From Octopus vulgaris (Eukaryota): a stretch of DNA of 64,000 nt. The position numbers were made by a program, and so were the translations under genes. How positions within the stretch are numbered: the stretch's first letter is position 1; each line of letters starts with the position of its first letter. The notes under the pieces are model-generated. The model saw only the letters and a list, made by a program, of their open reading frames with translations. It was not told the DNA's origin and ran no database searches. The DNA is taken from positions 7,936,001 to 8,000,000 of the forward strand of contig OX597821.1 of NCBI GenBank assembly GCA_951406725.2. The letters run 5' to 3'. Below, piece by piece: positions 53,577 to 64,000 of the stretch.

Positions 53577-53632
<56 letters not shown>

Positions 53633-54785
53633 TTCTATTGCTTGATTATTATTTTATTTATAAACCATCATCAAATTTATTGCATTTCGGAATGTTACCA
53701 TACCAAAGGTAACATACTGAAATTCAGCAAAGTTGATGATGGTTTATGTCAATAATAATTAGTCAATAGGAAAATTAGTGGAAGACTGCGATAAGCTTAG
53801 TTGTGACAAGGAAAGATAAATAATTTAAATTGTTTCATTGTTATATAATGTATATACTACAGATAGCAACAAGGAGTATAACAAAGGATTGTTACATAGC
53901 GTATACGCCATGCCTGCATCGACACACACAGCACTAGAATATTATAATTTATGAATGAATGGCAGGTGTGGCTGCGTGGTAAGAAGTTTGTTTCCCAACC
54001 ACATGGTTCCGTGTTCAGTTCCACTGCGTGACACCTTGGGCATGCCTTCTACAATTAGTCTGAGGCCAACCAAAGCCTTGTGAGCGGATTTGGCTGACAG
54101 AAACCTGTTGTCATGAGTGTGTGTCTATCTGTGTTTATTCCCCACCACTGCTTGGCAACCGGTGTTGGTTCCCTTAACCTAGCAGTTTAGCAAAACAAGC
54201 CGATAGAATAAGTACTGGGCTTTGAAAAAAGACGATAGGTCCAATGAATGAAACAAGTAACAGATAAATAAACCTAGCTTAACTGTGAAGCAAGGAGGAG
54301 GTCTGCTACACGATCTTCGACATGCTAGAAATAGCAGCCAAATCTCCCTTAAATCACTCCCTATTATATAGATACCGATACTAGGCTTAAATAACTCCTG
54401 GGATCGATTTGCTCGACCAAAGGCGGTGCTCCAGCATGGCCGCAGTCAAATGACTGAAACAAGTAAAAGAGTATATCACGACGGGCTTCCACATAGTTTC
54501 TATCTACCAAATTCACTCACTGTTTGGCCCACGGTTATAAGAAGAGCGCAGTGGGAGTGAACCCGAAGCCATGTGGTTGCAATCCGAGCTTGTTAACCAC
54601 ACAGGACTAACAGCGCCTACAAAATATACGCACTTGAAATGTTGGCAGAGAAGATAAACCTCGAAGCTAGTTTTTTTAAATTTATTTATTTATTCTTCAT
54701 AATCGAATCCTATATAATGAGATGGGGAGGGGGAAGAAGTTAAACATAGTCAGAGATAATGACAACAATACAGTGAGATTAATTA

Positions 54786-54800
54786 GTAACTAGCAACACG
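54786..54800. promoter_or_regulatory. RFX X-box-like motif GTAACTAGCAAC(ACG)
   Basis: Identical to 42768-42782; a second half-site gttgcta lies at about 54833. Confidence 0.35.
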
Positions 54801-54909
54801 ACTGGACTACAAACAACATCGGTTAGTTACTTGTTGCTAATATACACACAAACTGACACATCAACAACCGCTTGAGAACTGACGGTTGGTGTCAAATAAA
54901 AGGACCTAC

Positions 54910-54968
54910 GTGTGTGTCACATGTGTATATGTGTGTGTGACCGTGTTTATATAAGCACATATGGGCAT
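54910..54968 (-). CDS. Weak candidate alternative first exon of KIFAP3 (MPICAYINTVTHTYTHVTH-T)
   Basis: actATG start, 59 nt, phase-2 donor |gtaggt at 54909, CpG-rich upstream sequence. The peptide is partly microsatellite-like. Confidence 0.3.
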
Positions 54969-55134
54969 AGTTTCGGTTGTAGTAGCACAGATTTCCGTCG
55001 ATTTCCGTAAAAAACTTTTATTTTTTTACATAAGTAATAAGAGCGAAAGAGACTAAGAGGAAGCGATTTTACGACGAGAAGGTTTCTCTTTGAAGTCGGC
55101 CTGTGTGTGTTTGATGGGGTGTGGGAGACAGACA

Positions 55135-55572
55135 GTATGTTGTGTAAGTGAAGTGCTTCTGTTAGTGTGTGCGAAGAGACAGACATACATATACACATAC
55201 ACCGAGTAAAAAATTACATACATACATACACACACACACATACATAGATACATACACACACACACACATACATACACACACACATACTTACACACACACA
55301 CATAGATACATACACACACACACACACATGCAGACATACATATACACATACACCGAGTAAAAAATTACGATGAATCGGCCATACATACATACATACACAC
55401 ACACATACTTACACACACACACATACATAGATACATACACACACACACACATACATGCATACATACATATACACATACACCGAGTAAAAAATCAGTTATC
55501 TCTCTCTTTCACACATTACTCTCTCTGCCTCTTCGCACACACTAACAGAAGCACTTCACTTACACAACATAC
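55135..55572. repeat. 49-bp inverted repeat enclosing a triplicated CA-rich unit
   Basis: 55135-55183 vs 55524-55572, one mismatch; spacer holds 3 copies of catacatatacacatacaccgagtaaaaaat. Confidence 0.92.
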
Positions 55573-55685
55573 GCTTCCCCCAAAATTTCAGGTCTTGTGT
55601 CTATAGTGGAAAGGATTATTATAATTATAATTACTATTAATCGGCAGAGAGTGACTCAAGGGTCGAGAGTATCGTATGCGTTATA

Positions 55686-55789
55686 CTTTTACAAGAAGAA
55701 TGGTGATAGAGACTCCGAAAGTTTCGGCCTATCAAGGCTAGCAGGCTGAAAACTTCGATGTCACTATCACCACTCTTCTAGGAAGAGTA
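55686..55789. mobile_element. Small fold-back (MITE-like) remnant
   Basis: Imperfect ~47-bp arms, agaagaatggtgatagagac / gtcactatcaccactcttct. Another small fold-back (agtgactcaagggc / gcccttgagttact) lies at about 59929-60012. Confidence 0.55.
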
Positions 55790-56047
55790 TTTACTGTCCT
55801 CCGACAGTAAATCAAAATTACATAAATACTTTATATTCAATTTTATTTATTCATTCATTCCAGTTATGAATGTTTCATAATTGAATGCTGTCAGTTAAAA
55901 TTCACCGGGTTTTTTTTTTTTTTCAAATTTGTCTATTTACTAACGAAATCTCATATAAAATATTTTTTTGTTTTAATCTTGGAATTAAATGGTTCTGATT
56001 TACTGTAAGGTGACTTTTGGCCAACCCAGTATGTGTATGTATAAATA

Positions 56048-56112
<65 letters not shown>

Positions 56113-56511
56113 ATGAATATGGTCTGTGACGCTGGAAGGCTTCATCAGGCCCAGTCAGATCTGGCAGTGTTTCTACGGCTGGATGTCCTTCCTAACGCCA
56201 ACCACTCCGTGAGTGTAGTGGGTGCTTTTTACGTGCCACCCGCACAGGTGCCAGATGGAGCTGGCAAACGGCCACGAACGGATGGTGCTTTTTACGTGCC
56301 ACCGGCACGGGGGCCAGGCGAGGCTGGCAACGGCCACGATCGGATGGTGCTTTTACGTGCCATCGACACGGGGGCCAGACAGAGCTGGCAAGGAAAGATA
56401 AATAATCTAAATTGTTTCATTGTTATATATGCACCAGAATTTTGTATGGTGTTACCCATATAAATCCATGGGGAGAGAGGGATAGATAGATAGATAGATA
56501 TTATATAATAA

Positions 56512-56664
56512 AAAGTTTTTAATGGTACAACAATGCACTATAATAAAGACAATGGGTTATATACTAGTAATTTAGTCATCCAAAGTCTGATATGACTAAA
56601 TTACAACAGGTATACACAGCCCATTGTCTCCAATATAGTGCATTGTTGTACCATTCAAAACTTT
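56512..56664. repeat. Imperfect ~70-bp-arm palindrome
   Basis: aatggtacaacaatgcactat..agacaatggg..gtaatttagtcat / atgactaaattac..cccattgtct..atagtgcattgttgtaccatt. Confidence 0.88.
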
Positions 56665-57548
56665 ATTCTTTACAAACAATATACAATGCTTCTAGCGAAC
56701 TACAATACTCTCATATATATATATATATATATATAATCATATAAAAGAGTTATTAGCGAGGGATTAGCTTTCTGTTACTACACAAGGCTAACAATATTGT
56801 TTAGATTAGTGAAGAACTTCGCGTATATTTGTGGCAGGGTCCGAGATAAATAGTTCATCACCATTCTATACTGTAAATGCAAGGTTATGTTCCAGCTATA
56901 CATGCCTCATCATATATACATACATACGTAGATACACACACACGAGTGGACAAACGAAAGATGCGTTGAACACATTATTAATGAGTTATGTATTATTTAA
57001 CACAGTTTGATTCGATCTCATGTACTTTAATTAATGTTTCTTAGGCTTCCTAAAGAAACCCAGCTCGTAGGGGTCAGCAATAGACCATATGTATGTATGT
57101 ATGTATGTATATGCTTGTGTGTGTGTTGTAGTAAGTGACTGTACTGCGTCACATATCAGTTCTGATCAAACGGGCCTAGGAGCAGAAGTTTTCCAGCTTA
57201 TAACCATCACGATTCTTATTAGCACATACATAGTTCAAGGACAATATTGTCTTACCCCAAAAAACATTTGCAAAAACTCCCGCCCTCTCCTTTATATTAA
57301 TGAAACACCAAAATCAGAGTTTGCATCATCCATAAACTTCTTTCTTCGTTATGGTATTATGTTGTTAGTTTATCTTTCAGCATGTCGGTAATGGCTCGCC
57401 TGGGGTTCGTGAAATTAATGTCCCCGATATATAATTTTTCCCCTGCATTTACTTTTATTTTATGTCGTTCGGTGAATGAACTGCCTTCATTTGTGTATGT
57501 TACTGCGGTATGTAACGTAGGTTTCTCTGGGACTTCGGACAGAAAGAT

Positions 57549-57601
<53 letters not shown>

Positions 57602-60034
57602 TACATGAGAACCAAGGAGATGAGAGAGAACCTCTACCTGGTTACTCGAAACAGCAACCAGATCTCATTCAACTCGCACACTCTAGAGGAGAAGGGTACA
57701 TTAGATAATGTAGTTCTCGATACATCATATCCTTGAAAAAAAAAAATCAACAAGACAAGTACAGTCGCAGTTGGAACACATTTGATTGTATATCTGTAGG
57801 ATCAGTATTGGCCAAGGGTTAAACAGCACCACCATACGATAGTAAAAAATGAAAGGATGAGATGAGGTGGGATGGACCGGATGAGAAATCGCTTGCTTGT
57901 GTTACTTATTATCCCAGCCCCAACCCAGCCTCGCCCAATATGTCAACTAATAAATGGTCGGTCGCCTAAACGGATGACATTTTTGGATGGGGAGAAGAGA
58001 GATGGAGAGGAAAAACGAGTGAGACGGAAGGAAATTACGATAAATAACATCGTGGGGAAGCTGGTGCGGCTCGCGGGACTTTCTGAATAGCACACCTAAC
58101 GAAAAATTACCTAGAATATTTTTTAGTAGTGCAGCAGCCCACCTCATGATGAGACGTGTCTCACGCGGCCCGTTTCTCGAAAGAGGTTGCCCACGCCTCA
58201 TATATAACACTGAACGAAAGAAGGACGTGCCTCTTGCCAGACATAGCAGCCAAACCTCCTTCCTATCAAATTGCCCAGGGGCAATTTCAAAATTAAAAAA
58301 AGAGAAAACCGCATTTGACAATGTTGAAATACAAATGATTTTTTAAAAAAATTCATCTGAAGTAAAAAGAAAAATGATTCTATGCCAAATATCTTATTTA
58401 GACCCAATGAGAAAGATGTCACAGTATGTTGGTTTTGCTTCCATGGGTTTCCGTAGAAATAAAGAGACATTAGTCTATTGATCAGCTATTGTGTATTCTA
58501 GGAATAATCAAGGAATCATAAATAAGAAGCAGAGAAACAAAATGGACAAGCAGGTGTGTCCAAACTAGAATTTCCTAAACAGTTTTTGTTTTCTCTGTAT
58601 TTGTAGATGGAATATATTTTCATTCAACTTTCTAGACAATGTAACAAGAGGTATATTGTTATATACGAAAAGACGGGATAGTCACGGCTGGAATGACTTT
58701 GAATACAGATAACTACTCAATCAGGGCTGATACAGGGGTGGGATACAAAAAAAAAAAAACCAACGCCAAAAGCCTCTTCGTGGGGCCGTTCGATCTACGA
58801 GAATTAGCGAACAATTCTACTCCCAAATCACACCCAATTTACCGTTTTAATAAACAGTGACAGAAAAATGTAGCTGCATATACTCTGCGTAGAAAGAGAC
58901 AGAAACGTGATGGTCGCGGTTGGAATACATTTGATCAGAAGTTTGTTCGACCAGAGCTGATCCAGGGCTTAACTAAACGAAAATGACAAGGTCAAAACAA
59001 TTTGAGCCGTATTTGGCGTTTTTATGTTGGAACCGTTTGGAACCAACGGATGTAATAACAAATTTAGAGAAATATATTGTATATTAATTCATTAATTAAC
59101 CAAGTGATATTAAATGTAATATCGATCGTAAAGATCTACCGATGGAGCCTCAAGGTAGCTACCGGGAAACTACTAAAAATAGTAATAGCAGCCAAATAGC
59201 CCATGTATTATTACAAACCACACCTTACCAGTCGTTAAAGAAATGGAAAGATACCTTTGATAATGTAATCTAGAAAGAAAGAAAGAAAAATGAAAAGACA
59301 GGATGATCACAGCTGGAAAGCCTTAAATCATAGGTTTAATCTAAAGAGATAAACAACAGCAATATCGATCGAATGACATTGTCCCAATCTCTGGGTTGGT
59401 ATTATGGGTTTCTTCGGTATATTCAGTTATTGTGTGTCATAATAACAAACATAAGAAGAGAAAATATATAATTATATTAATAAATTAAGTGATATTTATT
59501 ATAAAATCGATCGAATTATAATTAGAAAAGCGAAATGTCTGTTTTGATGTTTAGCCCGAGGTCAGTCGTGACACATTAGACAAATCCTATGATCAGCAAA
59601 AGCGTTCCACGATATGATCATCCCGTTGTGGTATTTTAAAATCTCTTTTTTCCATTTTAGTTTCAGCCATCTAATAAATATTAGATTATACCTTAGAGTC
59701 ATACATATTTCACCTGGACAGCCTTACATAATTTTGAAGTAAACCAAACTACTATTCAATAGCATATCGGGCAACCTGTTGGCTAGGTTTTCTCTTTTCA
59801 AAGGGATGGATGGATGGATGTGAGTGTGTGTATGCATGCATGTATGTATGTATATGTTTTGGCGAAGCAAATAGGGGAAAAAAGAACTCAAAACATTAGT
59901 ATATATGTATTTGTTGCTAATATATGAGAGAAGTATCAGTGACTCAAGGGCCGAGGGTTTTGTACTTGCTACCGCACGAAACTGCACGCCCTTGAGTTAC
60001 TCCATTACTTCTACCAAACATTAATAATATATAT

Positions 60035-60260
60035 ACATATAGTAAATACCTATAATATATATACATATATAATATATATATAATATATATAGTTAATACC
60101 TATAATACCTATAATATATATATATATAGTTAATACCTATAATATATATATATATAGTTAATACTTATAACATATATATATATATAGTTAATACTTATAA
60201 TATATATATATATATATATATATAGTTAATACTTATAATATATATATATATAGTTAATAC

Positions 60261-60308
<48 letters not shown>

Positions 60309-60330
60309 ATACCTATAATATATATATATA
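60035..60330. repeat. AT-rich minisatellite (tagttaatac(c/t)tataa + (TA)n)
   Basis: About 8-9 cores separated by variable (TA)n. Confidence 0.9.
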
Positions 60331-60820
60331 AATATTTACATCTATGACTGGCTCTCTTGCTATGTATATCATTTGTGTATGTACGTGTATATATTATATA
60401 TATATAATTAAGCAAGTGATACACAATATCGATCGAATGACATTTAAAAAACCAAAACAATTTTGCCTGGTTATTTTGTAGCCCCAGGTCGATCTTGATG
60501 GAACCGACATGGCTTTGATGAAAAGCGTTCCGTTCCAACCTTAACCATCCCGTCTTATTTATGCATACATCGTGGCTTTCGGGCAACAATGTTATTTAAT
60601 TTCAATTTCGCGTATCTTATTTTAATTTTTTTAAATATATTTCAAGGAGAAATTCTTGTAGTTACATGGTGATCTGGCTGCTATTTCTTGCAGGTAAAGC
60701 TACCGTGTAAAGAGAAACTATTGTCTCGCTGGCTCCGATTCTGTTTGCCTTCAGGTTAGCTTTTTGTTTTTTACACTTTTGAAATAAACAGAAACGCATG
60801 TGTATATATATATATATATA

Positions 60821-60911
60821 TATATCCGAAAAAGAAGCATGTATATGTATATACACACACGTATGTATATTTGTCTGTCTCTCTCTTTCTATACATATAT
60901 ATCCTCAAACA

Positions 60912-61001
<90 letters not shown>

Positions 61002-61073
61002 ATAGTAAGAGGGAGACAGACAAATATACATACGTGTGTGTATATACATATACATGCTTCTTTTTTGGATATA
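60821..61073. repeat. ~75-bp inverted repeat around a (TA)n tract
   Basis: 60821-60895 vs 60999-61073, about 3 mismatches. Confidence 0.92.
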
Positions 61074-61259
61074 TGATACATTGACGAAATATATATAGAG
61101 ATAGATAGATAGATAGATATACACACACACAAAGAGAGAGATACACTGGTTATTATATTGTAGGAATATTGAGAGAAACTGAAACAGTAACAGAAATACA
61201 TTTTACATTTATCTCTATTTTATGTACCCGTACCCGACCAAATTTATAAATCTAGATCG

Positions 61260-61294
<35 letters not shown>

Positions 61295-61335
61295 TGTGTA
61301 TGAATACACGATGAAGTAGTAGAAGACAGCCTTAC

Positions 61336-61367
61336 CGTTTCAAATATCTGGCTTCATCAGCCTGCAT
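61336..61367 (-). CDS. KIFAP3: KIFAP3/KAP3 coding exon 1 (MQADEARYLK-R)
   Basis: aagATG CAG GCT GAT GAA GCC AGA TAT TTG AAA CG|gtaag. Matches the recalled human N-terminus MQGEDARYLKR; phase 2 fits exon 2. Confidence 0.93.
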
Positions 61368-61811
61368 CTTGGAACATCCTATAAACTCCAAACTCCAGTC
61401 GCCAGCAGCAGCAAATCGTCCAAAATATTGCAAAGACAAAATTCCATGAAAATAAAAAACAAACACAAAAAGATACTAAACGTAGGCTGGTTTCGCTTTC
61501 CTTCTTTCTTTTTTTCCTTTTTTTTTTTTGTGGTTGTTATTTGCCTTCGATACTGTTTAAAATTTACACAAATAATAAATATAAATATATATTTATACAA
61601 AATATTGTATCTGTTTTCTTTTCTTTTTTTTCTTTTTCATGTACAAGAAAATACGAAAGTTATGCTAGAAGAAGCGGCAATTTTAGACATTATATCAACC
61701 TGAAGAGCTGATACGATAAGAATTACAAGAGAGAGGAAGGGGTGGCTACGAAAAACGATCGGGATGCTTCGGATTTTTCCGTCAAGTTAGTGTACTTTTG
61801 TATGCGCGCGT

Positions 61812-61852
<41 letters not shown>

Positions 61853-62239
61853 TGTGTGTTAGAGAGAGAGAGAGAGGGGGGTTAAATATTTGTGGAAACT
61901 ACATTTGTATATGTAGATCGATAATCGGATGTTATCGGTTATTGTATGAATATGTCCGTCTTGTAGAAGTGGCTTTTTTTGTGTTAGTGTTGATGTTATT
62001 ATTTTGCTATTAATAAATGAAGAGTATTTTCCATTTTGTTGTATTTTTCCTTTCTCATTAAACAGAAATGAATGTCAGCTGAAATAACGAATAAATTACT
62101 GTATACGAGCGACAAAACCTAGCAACAACAAAAGACAAATGTATGTGTGAACGTGTGTGTGTGTGTATGTGTGTGTGTATGTGTGTGCAAGCGCACCTAT
62201 GTGTGGTCTGCATTCTTACCCACATACAGACAGAATTTT

Positions 62240-62407
62240 GTTAGTAAATGCATAATGGAAAATTTTGTCAGTAAATGCTTAAAGGAGAAGCTGAATAAAC
62301 AGGGATTTTCAGAAAGAGAAATAGACCGGCTAATTCGTACATTACAAGTGCAATCTGTAACTGGAACAGTGAAAATATGCAAGACTTTTCTCAAGTTCCA
62401 AATATGA
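62240..62407 (+). mobile_element. 3' ORF fragment of an RLE-type LINE
   Basis: FVSKCLKEKLNKQGFSEREIDRLIRTLQVQSVTGTVKICKTFLKFQI resembles RLE-LINE C-termini (L..LQ.....GT..I). Confidence 0.6.
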
Positions 62408-62953
62408 ATTTGTTTGTGTTAACTACATCCCAAAGATGGAGCCTGGATCTTTTCTTTTTGAACGGCACTTTCTAACAATTTCTAGGTAACTAAAAAGTTT
62501 TAAACTTCGTATACTGGTAGAATGTGTTTATAAAACATCATTTTCTCTTGGCTTTATTGAGAAAATTCTATAGTTTGTAAGATATTTCGTCTGAAATTTC
62601 GAGCATTTCGGCAATTTTAACCAATCAATTACCTCCATTGATGTAAACAACATTCCGTGCTGTATGAATATGTCCCACGTTTAAGAAACAGATTGGGTTT
62701 ATTTACATTTGTAAATAAAAAAGAATACCCTTCCCCCACCCCTAACCCTAAATCTAAAATAGATTGAAATGCAATAGATCGATACTAGAACCATAATTAT
62801 GGGTGACATTTTCATTTGACACCGCTAGAAAAAATCCCATTTTCCGTAGCGGTGTCGTATGAAATTGTCACCTATAATTATAACCCTAGTATCGATCTAT
62901 TGCATTTCAATCTATTTTAGAGTTAGGGTTAGGGGTGGGGGGAGGGTATCTTT
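62408..62953. mobile_element. Unclassified dispersed element with ccctaaccct motif plus an inverted partial copy
   Basis: Arms 62726-62827 and 62847-62949 are inverted; the body is homologous to 41392-41545. Confidence 0.6.
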
Positions 62954-62956
62954 ACC

Positions 62957-63813
62957 TGTCTGTTCATTCCAGTAGACTATGTCCACATACAAAAATAATT
63001 AAAAAAAACAAATGGCCTCTTGGACCCTGTTGTGTCCACTACTCTGATTGGTTGGTATTGCCGCAATTTGTCTCTTGCTCTATTACGCGCCAATGTGCAA
63101 CCCAAACAATCGCAGCCTTCTGATAAGGTCCCGTGACACAGTCTTCTAAATCTCCGTTGGAGCTTCCTAGCTCCTATAAAAGCTAGTTACAACAACCGTA
63201 TTTTGTCTTTGGTTCTAGACCTTCTAAGGTCTAACCACTGAGCACACAGCCAGTTCCAGCGACAACCACACCAGCAGCCCACATGGAGACTCAACTTCGT
63301 CTAGCAGCATTCAGGATCTCCATCTCCGTCGCCTTCATCTTAACGACGTCAACAACATCTCTACGTACACAGCAACAATCGCTCAGGCTTAACTCCTCAC
63401 TGTTTGTGAATTACCTCACCGTGGCTAACAGAAAGTACTACTTGCGAGATCTTCCTGTATCAAGTAACCGGCTCAGCATAGTAGCCACAACCGCTTACAC
63501 GACACGTGCTTCAACCGGCTCTGCATTGTAGCCACAACTTCTTGTTACACCACTTCAACTATTGTGTACCTTACTACGAACTGGTATTTATCTTCATTGT
63601 GTCTGAACTTCTAGCGTCCTATTGTAGACTCTTTCAATGCTCTGTATTTTATCTAACACGCATACACCCTTGTTTGTACACACGTACACATTATGTATGC
63701 ATGACGGCCTGACTATTATTATTATTATTATTATTATTGTTATTATATATGTACTTATGTCACATACACAGACACACACATGTTAACACCTAAATAAAAC
63801 CTTTCTCTTAACA
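62957..63813 (+). mobile_element. Probable solo LTR (left end uncertain)
   Basis: Inverted CCAAT (ctgattgg, 63044), TATAAAA (63175), AATAAA (63793) and a terminal ..ttaaCA (63813) in LTR-like order. TSD not identified. Confidence 0.45.
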
Positions 63814-64000
63814 TTCTATGGTTGTGTCGTTTCTTTTCCTTCTGGCACTCATTCTCATTTATCCTTTTTGCTTTTATTGTAAAGCGACCGTGCGGTGTAT
63901 TAAAGGAGTCATTCATTCGTCACATCTCCTTTCGCACGGTCGTTCTACATATCTATATGTGCACACATAAACACTTCATACATATAGGCTTTCTATTTTC

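Noticed and set aside
62730-62945. Interstitial telomere (ccctaa/ttaggg)
   Set aside because: Only about two units per arm, inside a dispersed repeat.
63879-63948. Type II hammerhead or SECIS element
   Set aside because: GAAA and a stem III-like helix are present on minus, but CUGANGA and stem I are missing; SECIS geometry is not met.

Overview
AT-rich, microsatellite- and SINE-dense eukaryotic DNA. The repeat families suggest an octopus (coleoid cephalopod) genome; this is an inference. The only host gene I can support is KIFAP3/KAP3 (kinesin-II accessory subunit) on the minus strand: coding exon 1 at 61367-61336 (MQADEARYLKR), a 57.5-kb intron 1, exon 2 at 3828-3697 and exon 3 at 195-41. 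The gene continues beyond the left edge. Almost all ORFs in the track are repeat or microsatellite artefacts. The most interesting signal is inside intron 1: several type I hammerhead ribozyme motifs with short or palindromic stem III, the form known from Penelope-like retroelements. They include a near-perfect 179-bp-arm palindrome carrying a hammerhead on each strand (49730-50103), a second palindrome whose mirror arm has lost the catalytic core (46044-46181), and older decayed copies. Other observations: two candidate in-frame alternative first exons in CpG-retaining segments (30.6 kb and 54.9 kb), an identical RFX X-box-like 15-mer at two sites, a 23 x 79-bp satellite derived from a dispersed repeat, a mariner element made of two inverted 5' ends, and many fold-back sequences. 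All ribozyme activity and isoform claims are predictions from sequence only.
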